Part shown: in pieces, positions 27,283 through 37,552 of the stretch
Layout of the letters: each line of letters begins with the position of its first letter
Position numbering within the stretch: position 1 is the stretch's first letter
Source: a virus
Lineage: Duplodnaviria; Caudoviricetes
Reading direction: 5' to 3' (one strand)
Virus record (IMG/VR): IMGVR_UViG_3300042549_002361
Coordinates: 1-59,482 of that record
Length of the DNA stretch: 59,482 nt
Made by a program: the position numbers and the translations under genes
The notes under the pieces: generated by a model
Told to the model about the DNA's origin: nothing
What the model saw: the letters and a program-made list of their open reading frames with translations, nothing else
The model's database searches: none

Positions 27283-27426
27283 CTACCTATAAATGAATGG
27301 GTCCATTTTGCGAAGTTCTTCTAGCTTTTTCTTTAGAAGCTCTTCTTCTTCTGCTGTTAGTTCGAGATTAACTTGATCCTGTTCGTTTTTAGGATCATTG
27401 TTATTTTGTTCGGGCGATTCGTTCAT
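27283..27426 (-). CDS. 47-aa microprotein ending in DPFIYR (SxtK/DUF5989-like), not in the ORF track
   Basis: MNESPEQNNNDPKNEQDQVNLELTAEEEELLKKKLEELRKMDPFIYR; stop lies 3 nt before the carbamoyltransferase start. Confidence 0.75.
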   Translation of the reverse strand: MNESPEQNNNDPKNEQDQVNLELTAEEEELLKKKLEELRKMDPFIYR

Positions 27427-28030
27427 ATAATTCCTCTGCGATAGCATTATGCACATGTTCATTACCGTGATGTAATTTACTATAGTGATCTGGCATCAGT
27501 TTTTCGTAATCTTCAAATATAGCATTAAATGGCTTGTAATACTTATCACTAAATAATTCACTAAAAGCAGGATGCTGGACACCTTCATAAAAGTGATTCC
27601 ACGCATTGAAGAACAAATAAGGTATACCCTTATTTTCTAAAAATGATTTTAACGCTAATTGATTAGTTAGTGTACGCTCTAACCCTAATGTATTCCAATT
27701 GCAACAATAAAGACTCATAAAATCAAACAACTTTTGCAGTTGCTCGCGGTCTTTTACATTTTCAGGTACCTGTCTACCTAATCCAAAATGATGCCATTCC
27801 TCATTAAAGATAACTTCTTGGCGTTCGTATGTAGTCCAACCGATAATAACGAAATCAACTTTGTTTGACAAACAATAGTTAATCGTAGTCCGAACTATTC
27901 GATCATTGCCGCCGCCGGGCATTGCTAAATTAACAGGTGACATATTCATCTTCTCAGATAGTGGGGTCACAAAACTGATAGGAGATTCGGAGCCAGCAAC
28001 ATGGCTGCATCCGTTAGCTAGCAGTATCAT
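27401..28030 (-). CDS. SGNH-like protein
   Basis: ANGCSH, NLAMPGGGN, C-terminal HHGN..H. Confidence 0.6.
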   Translation of the reverse strand: MILLANGCSHVAGSESPISFVTPLSEKMNMSPVNLAMPGGGNDRIVRTTINYCLSNKVDFVIIGWTTYERQEVIFNEEWHHFGLGRQVPENVKDREQLQKLFDFMSLYCCNWNTLGLERTLTNQLALKSFLENKGIPYLFFNAWNHFYEGVQHPAFSELFSDKYYKPFNAIFEDYEKLMPDHYSKLHHGNEHVHNAIAEELYERIARTK

Positions 28031-29318
28031 ACATTAATTTCCACAACTCTGGTATAGCACTGCTCATACTTTCATTACGTTGGCGATCAAGTATGCTTGT
28101 ATACTTTTTAAATATTGCTAACTGCTGTTCCCAGTCATCGTGACGATTCTCTTTAAGAGCACGTATTAGAGCGTTAATTGCTTGTAAGTTACTTTCACGT
28201 TTTACTAAGACTTTGCTAGTCGGAATCCATGATTCTAGTCTCTCTGCTGCAACACTACGTACATTATCAGGCAAGTTGCGGAAGTCTAAACTACGAGGAT
28301 AATCACAAATTAAGAAAGTTAAATGTATTTCTCTGTTATATTCTTTCTCTAGACTTTCGCAATAGTCTAATAGTTTAGTAATATCTAGTATATTATAAAT
28401 TTGAATTACTGGGCTAAACAACAAACTACCAACTACTTTACTGCTGCAATAGCTACGAACGTTTTCATCGGTCTGTGTCCAGTGACTTGCTCCTCTAATA
28501 TATTCGTTTAACTCGCCATAAGCATCAACGCTAAAGCACATCAACACACTCTTAAACTGTTCAACTAGTGTTAGGAATCTGCCTTTGATGTTAGTCATGT
28601 TGCTGTTGAAAACAAGATCTATGTTTTTAGCAATACCAAGCTCAACGCATTTTTCTAATATCCAATAGACACGCTCAATAATAGTAGGTTCACCGCCTGT
28701 GAAATAAAGTTTGTTAACACCTGGTAGCCATTCCTCTACTTGACGTAAAAACTCTGGATCATCCTGCCAGGGTGTAACATGATCTGCAAATTGCCCCCAT
28801 GTAAAATGCTTCTTAATAAAATCAGCTGCCATTGGGTCGTTTCCTTCAATGCGCTTGTATTCTTTTTGTATCTGACTACTGTTTTGTGGTTGACACATGC
28901 GACATTTTAAGTTACATAAGTTACCTAAACGGAAGTCCAAGTACATAGGTGCTTCATCTACTACATAGTCGTTGTCAATACTGCGCTCGATGCGTTGCAT
29001 AATGCTTTCACCGTGGCCGCTGTATTCAAACCAGTCGCGTATGTAGTTAGTACGATAGCTAGGGAAGCCCATCTTTTCTAAATCGTAGCAGTGTTCGCAA
29101 CCTTTAACTGTTTCGCCTTCAATCATCTGCTTACGAATTTTACGCATGTGATTATTGTTCCACACGCTTTCTATACGATCACCCTTGTTAAGGTCGAACA
29201 TAGTGCCGTCATCGTTTTTAAAGTTGTCGCGGGCAACACAGCACCAACTAACAGTGCCAGTGGGCTGTGTCATTACATGTATCCACGGATACGGACAAAA
29301 TGTTTTACTATATTCCAT
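28014..29318 (-). CDS. Radical SAM protein with N-terminal twitch/SPASM-like domain
   Basis: CPYPW..WCC..CEHC; CNLKCRMC; TGGEP. Confidence 0.9.
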   Translation of the reverse strand: MEYSKTFCPYPWIHVMTQPTGTVSWCCVARDNFKNDDGTMFDLNKGDRIESVWNNNHMRKIRKQMIEGETVKGCEHCYDLEKMGFPSYRTNYIRDWFEYSGHGESIMQRIERSIDNDYVVDEAPMYLDFRLGNLCNLKCRMCQPQNSSQIQKEYKRIEGNDPMAADFIKKHFTWGQFADHVTPWQDDPEFLRQVEEWLPGVNKLYFTGGEPTIIERVYWILEKCVELGIAKNIDLVFNSNMTNIKGRFLTLVEQFKSVLMCFSVDAYGELNEYIRGASHWTQTDENVRSYCSSKVVGSLLFSPVIQIYNILDITKLLDYCESLEKEYNREIHLTFLICDYPRSLDFRNLPDNVRSVAAERLESWIPTSKVLVKRESNLQAINALIRALKENRHDDWEQQLAIFKKYTSILDRQRNESMSSAIPELWKLMYDTAS

Positions 29319-30514
29319 TAAAAATCCTCAGGTGTGTTGCCGTGTTCTTTTAATATTTTATAAAACTCAGGAAACGTATCTTTGAACTTTTCATTTCTGT
29401 ATTGATCACTGAATGATGTATGCTTGTAAAAAATATTCATTTTAGTACTATCATAGTCAACATCAGTGCAATATTTTATTGAGCTTACAATATCAGGATT
29501 CGTACTATTTGCAAATTTTTCAAATACTTTCATTTTGACCCGCTTAGGCAACACTTTACAACTTAAATGCTCCGGCGTATAAACATGGTTAAAATAAATA
29601 GGCAGGTCAGGAAATTCCTTATCTCTCCAAGCAATAATTTCATCTAAGTAATAGATATTGAATATACTAACAGTATAACATATATCTGGAAAAAGTACAG
29701 GAATTTTTTGATCTAATAGTTTTCTTAGATTGTCTCGAACCTGATCCCACTTAGTAGGATTTCTAATATATTCAAAGTGTGAGCCAACACCGTCAATACT
29801 AAAACTAACCATAACACGTTTAAAGTGCGGCCACAGTTCAACTCCTCGCTCAGGATAAATGCTGCCGTTTGTATTATAGTTTAGTGTAATGTCTTTACTG
29901 CGACCAGTATCAACTAAGTTTTGTAGAATGTCATAGTGGTCAGTAATTAGTAACGGCTCGCCGCCATAGAATTCTAATACTTCTAGGTCAGTGCTAATCT
30001 CTTTAAAATCTTCCCAAAAAGCAGGGTTACGTTCCGGCCATCGACCAGCAACACGCATCTGATCCCAGAAGCGATTACCGTCACCGTCACGTTTTTTTTC
30101 TTCAGGTACCCATAAGCTACTAGCAAAGCTGTTGCAAATGCGGCAACGGTTGTTGCAGATATTACCTAGTTTCAGGTCCATTGCAATAGGCTTTTGTAGC
30201 TCTTTAGATTCCTGTGCGTTCTTTAATGCATCAGGAAAGTCTTTTAAGGCCCGCTGCCGCTTACTGTTTACACCAGCATCTTCAGCAGTCCAGCAACTGT
30301 AGCATGACGCAGGTTTTTCACCGTTTAAAAAGTCTTGCCGTAATTTATCTAGCCATTCGCTATTCCACCCATCACTAAGTGTATTTTCTGCAAGATTTAA
30401 TTTCTTGCCGTCCGGTCCTTTAATTAGCTCATCCATTTGACAGCAAATACTCATGTGTCCATCAGTACGTGCTTCAATGTTTACGAAAGGCATTGGACAA
30501 AAATATTTGCTCAT
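29318..30514 (-). CDS. Radical SAM protein with N-terminal twitch/SPASM-like domain
   Basis: CPMPF..ICC..CYSC; CNNRCRIC; GGEP. Confidence 0.9.
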   Translation of the reverse strand: MSKYFCPMPFVNIEARTDGHMSICCQMDELIKGPDGKKLNLAENTLSDGWNSEWLDKLRQDFLNGEKPASCYSCWTAEDAGVNSKRQRALKDFPDALKNAQESKELQKPIAMDLKLGNICNNRCRICNSFASSLWVPEEKKRDGDGNRFWDQMRVAGRWPERNPAFWEDFKEISTDLEVLEFYGGEPLLITDHYDILQNLVDTGRSKDITLNYNTNGSIYPERGVELWPHFKRVMVSFSIDGVGSHFEYIRNPTKWDQVRDNLRKLLDQKIPVLFPDICYTVSIFNIYYLDEIIAWRDKEFPDLPIYFNHVYTPEHLSCKVLPKRVKMKVFEKFANSTNPDIVSSIKYCTDVDYDSTKMNIFYKHTSFSDQYRNEKFKDTFPEFYKILKEHGNTPEDF

Positions 30515-31737
30515 ATGTTTTTTAACTCCGGAAATACATCTGCAAAGTTTTCTCCCCTTAGATAGTCAAACTCTGCATTAAATTTTTTAAATTCTTCTAG
30601 TAAATATGTATGATCATCATCTAAAAACTTAATAGCACTACGATAACCTTCTGTAGCACGGCCGATGTGATCTTGCGGCTCTAACCATTTTAAATGCTTT
30701 TGCCACTTATACTTAATTTCTTCTTTTAAGCTTTGTGGTAGTACACTCATTCTAAATCTTTGATTGTTTAACAGTACGTTTACATACCAATCGCCTGCTT
30801 TAATGTAACCTTTTTCTACCCAACTACGATGGAAATCTGTAACGTGCCAAGCATTATATGCACTAACAGTTGCACTAACATAGAAATCAATTTCTGGTGC
30901 TCTCGATCTAAGTTCTTCTATATTAGCTACTACATCATCCCAATTGGTGCCTTTGCGTTGATACTCTCCTCGAGCACCTTCCGCATCTAAACTAGCACCA
31001 ACACTAATATGCTTAAAGTTTTTCCATAAGTCGATAACATTGTGTTGTTTGTATTTAAGTTTTGTAAAGTTAGTATTGTAGAAAATACGAATATCTGTTT
31101 TACCTAACTCTACAAGACGATTCATAATGTGCCAATGCTCGTCCATAATGATAGGTTCGCCGCCGGCCCAGTATATCTGCTCAATGTGTGGAAGCATAGT
31201 TTCAAATTCTTCCATGAAGCCTTCGACGTCCTTACGAATCTGAATTACTTGCTCTGTTGGTGTTTGATTGAAACTGCTTTTTACTGCATCATTAAACCAG
31301 TTACTACTGAGTTCTGGACCGCAATAGCGGCAGCGTAGGTTGCATACGTTACTGAAACGGAAGTCTAAGTATACAATATGCAGGTCATCTAAGCTGCCAT
31401 CAGTGTTGGTCTTTGCAACTTTATCCCAGTGTGGTTCTAACCAGTCTCGATTACTGCGAACACGTAAACTATCATGCCCATACTTTTCTTTTTCGTAGCA
31501 ACGGATACACTCTTTACATGACTTTCCTTGCAGCATGTTAAGTCGTACTTGCTTCATAGAAGGACTATTCCACACTTCACGCAAACTATTTTCACGTAAA
31601 TCGCCTATGTGGGTTTCCCAAGGACTGTCACAGCACAGCATAGTCTTGCCGTTGGGCCACGGATGCATATGAATCCACGGCAATATACACATGGACTTGT
31701 TGTCTTTTGCATCTTCTAAGTTAAATTGTTTATCCAT
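30511..31737 (-). CDS. Radical SAM protein with N-terminal twitch/SPASM-like domain
   Basis: CILPW..LCC..CIRC; CNLRCRYC; AGGEP. Confidence 0.9.
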   Translation of the reverse strand: MDKQFNLEDAKDNKSMCILPWIHMHPWPNGKTMLCCDSPWETHIGDLRENSLREVWNSPSMKQVRLNMLQGKSCKECIRCYEKEKYGHDSLRVRSNRDWLEPHWDKVAKTNTDGSLDDLHIVYLDFRFSNVCNLRCRYCGPELSSNWFNDAVKSSFNQTPTEQVIQIRKDVEGFMEEFETMLPHIEQIYWAGGEPIIMDEHWHIMNRLVELGKTDIRIFYNTNFTKLKYKQHNVIDLWKNFKHISVGASLDAEGARGEYQRKGTNWDDVVANIEELRSRAPEIDFYVSATVSAYNAWHVTDFHRSWVEKGYIKAGDWYVNVLLNNQRFRMSVLPQSLKEEIKYKWQKHLKWLEPQDHIGRATEGYRSAIKFLDDDHTYLLEEFKKFNAEFDYLRGENFADVFPELKNI

Positions 31738-32900
31738 TTTACCAAACTGCTGTTATTGCCTAATTCTTTTAATAACATAAAATTTCTATGAAATCTATGT
31801 GTTAATTGGTTGTTTATTAGAGCGTTCCAACCCTCTAATGTGTGTAATTCCGTTAATCGTTTTAATTCATTAAACACCATATCACAACGTTTAAAAATAT
31901 TATCTTCTCGATCATAGCTATGATCAATTATATCATCAAATAAATCAAAACCTAAAATTCTAAGTTGATTAACATAACCCGGGGCTGCAATAAACAATGG
32001 CATTTGGGACATTAAGAACGGTTTAGCAGATTTTTCTGTAAAAAATAATCGGTCGCTGTTTACTCTGCACCAAGAAAGTCCACGAGTAGAATAAAATCGT
32101 TCGTGGCTTCTGTGATCAAACCCAACACTCGATTCTTGCACAACATTAAATACAGCTTCGTCGAAGTTGTCTACCATATGGTGCTGTTGGACGTCTGCGT
32201 GACCTAAGCTAACTGGAAATTTCTCTATGTCTTTTTCATCTAAAAACTTTAAGAGATTTCCTCTATCGTAAGAGTTATTCTTATTCCATAGTGTTTCAAC
32301 ACTATGATCACCCCAGCCGCAACTGTAAATACCTTTTTCTTTTATGTTGTCATCATCGAGAATCTTTTTTGTAAAATAAATTCGTTCCGTTCTAGCTAGT
32401 CTGCCTAAACTTAAATAATAATATGATCTATTTTTAGCAGTAGCATGTTCTGGGTAGCCAGCAGTATGATTATTATTTAATATTTGAAAAAACATGTTTC
32501 CTGTCTTATGAAATATGTTAATATCGTTAACATGCGAATAAATAAAACCTGACGTTAAACCACCATCGACCCATATAATTTTTTTGTAGCCATAGCTCCT
32601 AATAATGTCAAAAACAACATTCCAATAAACAGAATTAAGTGCTTCACTTAGGTAACCAACAACAATATAATCTTTTTTAGGTAGCTTCTCTAACGCGGCC
32701 CGAGTGTATACTGCCATATTGTATTCTGACATACACTGATAATCTATAATATTAAAATTTCCCGTATTATCTAATAAATTATATAATTTATCGTAGACTT
32801 GATCACAATGAATTATATCAATACCTTGGCGAGTGGTGCCTTTAGATAGTCGGAACGGATCAGTTAGTACACCTGTTATATGAGTAGTCTCAATATTCAT
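31716..32900 (-). CDS. Hypothetical protein with GT-B-like (GT10/fucosyltransferase-like) C-terminus
   Basis: FNVVQES...FFTEKSAKPF...GFDLFDDIIDHSYD. Confidence 0.5.
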   Translation of the reverse strand: MNIETTHITGVLTDPFRLSKGTTRQGIDIIHCDQVYDKLYNLLDNTGNFNIIDYQCMSEYNMAVYTRAALEKLPKKDYIVVGYLSEALNSVYWNVVFDIIRSYGYKKIIWVDGGLTSGFIYSHVNDINIFHKTGNMFFQILNNNHTAGYPEHATAKNRSYYYLSLGRLARTERIYFTKKILDDDNIKEKGIYSCGWGDHSVETLWNKNNSYDRGNLLKFLDEKDIEKFPVSLGHADVQQHHMVDNFDEAVFNVVQESSVGFDHRSHERFYSTRGLSWCRVNSDRLFFTEKSAKPFLMSQMPLFIAAPGYVNQLRILGFDLFDDIIDHSYDREDNIFKRCDMVFNELKRLTELHTLEGWNALINNQLTHRFHRNFMLLKELGNNSSLVKWINNLT

Positions 32901-34134
32901 GTTTAAATCCGTATTTCTCTACCATTTCTATTAGTTCAGGAAAAACAGTTCGCCAAGTTAAATTAGCGGGATGCTCTCGTTGCTTATCAAGTTGATCGTT
33001 ATAACGGCAAAACTGCTCCCATTTAGTTTCGTCCCAACTATCATTTTCAAATAACCCTGTTATATTTGAAAAATGCACACCATTGCCGTATTTTCCGTTT
33101 CTATATTTTGTAATAATTTCCTGTCTCACCTGCGGTGGTAGTACTGCTGGACTTAGAAAGTCTGGATCGTAAACAAAGTTCATGTCTACAGGTACTTGCG
33201 CCCAGTCTAAAAATTCTTCTAGATAAGCAAAATTGTATGCGCTAACAGTTTGTGTAATACGAACAGTTAACTCAGTCTGCATTAAAGTATTTAGATTGTT
33301 TCTAACATCAGCCCAATATGTTGGATAACGTATATAATGATTTCGAATATTCAAATCGTCAATACTAGGACATACACGAGTTTCTTTAAACTCACTCCAC
33401 AGAGGAATAGCCTGCTCTGGTAAGTTAGTCATATTAATATTATACCATAATGTAATATTCTTACTACGCCCGCTTTCTACTAGCTTGTGTAAGTACTTCC
33501 AGTGAGCTTTAATCAGTGTAGGCTCACCTCCGTTAATATACAGCACTTCCATATTAGGAGCACAGTTATACAAGTCTTCATAGAACGCATCATCTTCAGG
33601 CCACTTGAAATCATTCTTATGATCTAACCAGCTATAACCATCATTTACGAAATCAAGCGTTTCAACCAATTCTTTATAGTCGCGGCGCCATTGGCTACTA
33701 CTTGCAGGATTGCAAGTCCTACACCGAACATTGCAAACATTACCAAGCCTAAGCTCAACAAAGCGAAGGTCAAGAGGAATGCCCCCGTTAGCATCAGTAC
33801 TGCTAGTAGCCCAAGAAAGGCTTCTGTGAGGGTACTGTTCGATCTCATGTACACGTTTGCTGCGTATTCCCTTATCTTCTTCATCATAACACCTCATACA
33901 TGCAACAGGCTTTTCTCCATCGAGCATCTGCTGTCTAATTTGCTTAAAATAATCACTGTTCATATGTGTGTCGATGTTGTGATCATTTAAGTTAAAGAAC
34001 TGATCTCCGTCAGTTCCAAAGTTCCTTGCACGATTCTTACCCGCTGTATGGTCACTGATACAGCAAGGGGTAACACCACCGTGCGGATGTGTGCCTAAAT
34101 GAATCCACGGCAACGGGCAATAAGTATTACTCAT
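32890..34134 (-). CDS. Radical SAM protein with N-terminal twitch/SPASM-like domain
   Basis: CPLPW..PCC..CMRC; CNVRCRTC; GGEP. Confidence 0.9.
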   Translation of the reverse strand: MSNTYCPLPWIHLGTHPHGGVTPCCISDHTAGKNRARNFGTDGDQFFNLNDHNIDTHMNSDYFKQIRQQMLDGEKPVACMRCYDEEDKGIRSKRVHEIEQYPHRSLSWATSSTDANGGIPLDLRFVELRLGNVCNVRCRTCNPASSSQWRRDYKELVETLDFVNDGYSWLDHKNDFKWPEDDAFYEDLYNCAPNMEVLYINGGEPTLIKAHWKYLHKLVESGRSKNITLWYNINMTNLPEQAIPLWSEFKETRVCPSIDDLNIRNHYIRYPTYWADVRNNLNTLMQTELTVRITQTVSAYNFAYLEEFLDWAQVPVDMNFVYDPDFLSPAVLPPQVRQEIITKYRNGKYGNGVHFSNITGLFENDSWDETKWEQFCRYNDQLDKQREHPANLTWRTVFPELIEMVEKYGFKHEY

Positions 34135-35468
34135 ATAAATGAACCTTTAGCTACAGCGCCGTATTTAGGATCAGCTAATGCTTTAGTATAATGAAAGTCG
34201 TAATCAAAATAAGGTTTGATTATTTCGTATAGTTCAGGAAATGTAGTCCTAAAGTCTTCTCCCCTATATAAATCACCAGCAACTATTTGTTGCATAAACA
34301 TTCTACGGCGGACAGCCATTTCGGTTTCTACAGTAATATTTGGGTCGGGTACATCACTCCAGTCACGCATTGGTATAACAACTTCTTCTAACGGTGTCAG
34401 TACATGATTAATAATACCTTTAATCTGCCCTTCAATTGATGCATTAGGAAAAGTCATGTTTTGTAACGGCGCAACAATACGTGATTTTACAAATTCTTCA
34501 AACACATTACTGTTATACCAGCTAGGGAAATGAACCATGTTAAAGAAAATTTCAAAGTTAGGCCAACGAGATGAAAATACATCAACATATTCTTTAAGAT
34601 ACATAACATTCAATGCTGATACAGTACACGTAATGCTTACGTAAATTTCTTTGTTTGTGTGTAAGGTATGGAAGTGATCTAAATTAGCACTAACAATATC
34701 CCAATCTGCGCCGTGTCGCAAGTATTCAAATCTTTCTTTTGATGCTGCGTCAATGCTAACACCGAAGCCTACATCTTTGAAGTTTGCAATTAATTTACCC
34801 ACTAGATCAGTATGCAGTTGTGTACCGTTTGTACTAAAGTTTAAGGCGATATCTTTAGAAATACCGCGGTCAATAAGTTTTTCTGCAAAAGCTTTAAACT
34901 CTTTCATATACAAAGGTTCGCCGCCCATGATTTCTAGATACTTAATATCCTTGATCCAGTCGTCCATCTCAGTCCAAAACTTTGCATTTTCCATATCATC
35001 CATAGGAATTTGTACGGTTTCTTTTAAATATGGTAAACCACGATCTTCTGATTCTTTAACCCACTTACTGCTGTAGTTAGGATTGCAGGTTCTGCATTTG
35101 ATATTACAAGTTGTTCCTAAGATAAGCTGAAAGTCTTGTGGCATTTCTGGCTCAGATGAATAATCAATTTCATCGTACCGCCATTTAGCATATCCGTTGT
35201 ACATCTCTCGTTTAGATTGTTTACCATTTGCTTCATCTTGCCAGCAATGTTTACAGTTTGTAGGTAGTTTACCATCGCGAATTTCTTGGCGAATGTTCTT
35301 GTAATAATCGCTATGAAAAATATCCCTTACGCTAGTACTGCCTAAGGTAAACGGGGCACCGTTTGTGTCGTACACACGCTCCTGCGCGATGCAACAAGTT
35401 CTGACGAATCCGCCGGGTTCGTTACTCATGTGCTTCCACAGTAAACTACAGTATCTTGGTTCTGCCAT
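34131..35468 (-). CDS. Radical SAM protein with N-terminal twitch/SPASM-like domain
   Basis: CSLLW..TCC..CKHC; CNIKCRTC; GGEP. Confidence 0.9.
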   Translation of the reverse strand: MAEPRYCSLLWKHMSNEPGGFVRTCCIAQERVYDTNGAPFTLGSTSVRDIFHSDYYKNIRQEIRDGKLPTNCKHCWQDEANGKQSKREMYNGYAKWRYDEIDYSSEPEMPQDFQLILGTTCNIKCRTCNPNYSSKWVKESEDRGLPYLKETVQIPMDDMENAKFWTEMDDWIKDIKYLEIMGGEPLYMKEFKAFAEKLIDRGISKDIALNFSTNGTQLHTDLVGKLIANFKDVGFGVSIDAASKERFEYLRHGADWDIVSANLDHFHTLHTNKEIYVSITCTVSALNVMYLKEYVDVFSSRWPNFEIFFNMVHFPSWYNSNVFEEFVKSRIVAPLQNMTFPNASIEGQIKGIINHVLTPLEEVVIPMRDWSDVPDPNITVETEMAVRRRMFMQQIVAGDLYRGEDFRTTFPELYEIIKPYFDYDFHYTKALADPKYGAVAKGSFI

Positions 35469-35484
35469 AAAAAAATCCTATATA

Positions 35485-35511
35485 GAAGTTAGGGGCATTG
35501 CCCCTAACTTC
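35485..35511. terminator. Perfect 12-bp intergenic hairpin (terminator or processing site)
   Basis: GAAGTTAGGGGC-ATT-GCCCCTAACTTC between ugd and the next radical SAM gene. Confidence 0.55.
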
Positions 35512-35516
35512 AACCT

Positions 35517-36821
35517 TTATCTAGTATTACCGTAATGCACAACAAATACTCCTGATAGCTCAGGAGTCTTGCGCCACGGATCAACTACAACACTGCCTTT
35601 AGCAAACGATAACGCTGTACCATTGGCTGTGGCAACTGTGAGTGCTTCGTCGGCTCCGGTAACACGATGGTTAGCATACCATCCCTTTACAAAGTCCAAC
35701 TGTTCACCGTAAGTGATCTGCGGATTATGTGCTAATAGATATACAGCAGGATTATCTAACACATCCTGCGGTGGAATTTCTCCCATTACTTCATCTAAAT
35801 AATAAAGTTCCGCACCAAGTGATTCTACATAATGACCTACTAGCATACTGCTACTTCCAGCATCATATGGCACCAATGGCTTATAGGCTTTACCTACAAT
35901 AATCACAGGCATGAGTGGTATAACACCTGCTCCGATCGAAGCAAGATCAACTAGCTTTTTAGCCATGTTTTCTGCTTGTACTTCACGACTACGCATTACT
36001 GCATCAAACAGATCGTATCCTAAGTCTAGTCTTTCTGCTAGATAGCGTAGGGCAATATTATCGCGAGGATGACATGCGCCGCCATCGCCCATGCCCGGCT
36101 TCATATAACCTGGACCCATGATGCGTCTATCGCTGGATGCTAGTGCATCGCAAACTACTTCGGCATTAACATGACCTAGCTTCTCTGCTACGTCTTGAAT
36201 CATATTTACTAGACTTACTTTGGCACTAATGAATGTATTATAGAACACTTTAATACACTCAGTTTCTTCCCACGTGCCAATGATATAACGTGGTTCGTTC
36301 TGCATAATGGTCTTGTAGAAGTCTACAAGTTCCTTTGCATCACCTGTTTCGCTACCGTCTTCGGTGCCTATCATAACCATTTCTGGGTTAACCATATCCC
36401 ATTTAACAGTACCCATAGCAATTAAGTATGGGTTATAAATGAAACGTGCATTAGTTATTAGTGGTTGTAATTGACTGCGAACTGTGCCTGGTAGCACGGT
36501 TGAAATAAGAACAATTAACTGAGAGGGGGTTGCAACAGCATTTACCTGACGTAGTACATCTTTAACCACACTGTAGTCAAAGTCTTTGTTGGGTAAATGG
36601 CTGGTAGGTGCTTTGCCATCATATTGTGGGTCATGCGGTGTTTCCACTGCAATGAATACAATATCTTGCCCTTGCACAGCCTGCTCTAAGTTGGGAACCA
36701 TCTTAAAGTTTTCTGGACTGCGGGCAGAGATATCGTACCCTACAACATCATGAACCTCGGCAACCATCTCGGCGCAGGCTTGTCCTAACTTGCCTACTCC
36801 AATAAATCCGATTGAGGCCAT
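35517..36821 (-). CDS. ugd: UDP-glucose/GDP-mannose 6-dehydrogenase
   Basis: GVGKLG, IAVETP, STVLPGT, NP, KVFYNTF, GGACHPRD, GKAYKP. Confidence 0.88.
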   Translation of the reverse strand: MASIGFIGVGKLGQACAEMVAEVHDVVGYDISARSPENFKMVPNLEQAVQGQDIVFIAVETPHDPQYDGKAPTSHLPNKDFDYSVVKDVLRQVNAVATPSQLIVLISTVLPGTVRSQLQPLITNARFIYNPYLIAMGTVKWDMVNPEMVMIGTEDGSETGDAKELVDFYKTIMQNEPRYIIGTWEETECIKVFYNTFISAKVSLVNMIQDVAEKLGHVNAEVVCDALASSDRRIMGPGYMKPGMGDGGACHPRDNIALRYLAERLDLGYDLFDAVMRSREVQAENMAKKLVDLASIGAGVIPLMPVIIVGKAYKPLVPYDAGSSSMLVGHYVESLGAELYYLDEVMGEIPPQDVLDNPAVYLLAHNPQITYGEQLDFVKGWYANHRVTGADEALTVATANGTALSFAKGSVVVDPWRKTPELSGVFVVHYGNTR

Positions 36822-36864
36822 TTGTATCTCCTAATTTTTTAAATACAGTTTTAACTGTACGCAA

Positions 36865-36872
36865 TATTTATC
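36865..36872 (-). promoter_or_regulatory. T4-late-like promoter motif GATAAATA
   Basis: Intergenic, 43 nt upstream of the ugd start. Confidence 0.55.
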
Positions 36873-36898
36873 AGGAGATTTTTAAAAATTTTGGTTTT

Positions 36899-37552
36899 TT
36901 AGAGTGCGCTTTTTAGCAGATCGTAAATCTTAAAATCATCTTGCCAATAGGTATTAATGTAATCTAGTGCTCGAGGATCTACTATACTAGTATATTTTTT
37001 GTACTGCCTAAACGAATAGTTGCTAAAATTTGATGTATTGGTTATTCCGTATTTTTCAGCAATCTCTGATACCATTAAATCTATATTCTCATACAAGAAC
37101 ACACGATTCACTAACCTATTATTATAGTTCAACCAAGTAGATTGCGGGCTAGCCTGAAACATGTTCATGTAGCATTTAAATGTTGAAAAGTTTTCTAAAA
37201 TATTAACGTTTTCTACTTTTTTCAACATAGACTGAAAACTTAAAAATCGATCTAGAGGATTTCTGCATACTGCATATATATCGTATTCTGTTAATGGATA
37301 AGTCAATAGATTTAATTTAACGATTTCATCTAAAGTAGCATGTATTCCGTTAGTAGTAGTAATTGCTGACTCATTAAAATATCCCTCTTTAATTTTACTA
37401 GATTCATCTTTTCGTAAAACATCAGAATTGTCAACTAGTCTAATTATATTTTCTTCTAAGGGTAAATTTTCATAAAAATATACTGATACAGAAGTAGAAC
37501 CCGTTTTGGGTACCCGTAGATATATAAACTTTTTTTCGTTACTTACTAACAT
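36899..37552 (-). CDS. Sulfotransferase family 2 protein
   Basis: 5'-PSB RVPKTGSTS and 3'-PB RNPLDRFLS; start set at ATG 37552. Confidence 0.8.
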   Translation of the reverse strand: MLVSNEKKFIYLRVPKTGSTSVSVYFYENLPLEENIIRLVDNSDVLRKDESSKIKEGYFNESAITTTNGIHATLDEIVKLNLLTYPLTEYDIYAVCRNPLDRFLSFQSMLKKVENVNILENFSTFKCYMNMFQASPQSTWLNYNNRLVNRVFLYENIDLMVSEIAEKYGITNTSNFSNYSFRQYKKYTSIVDPRALDYINTYWQDDFKIYDLLKSAL

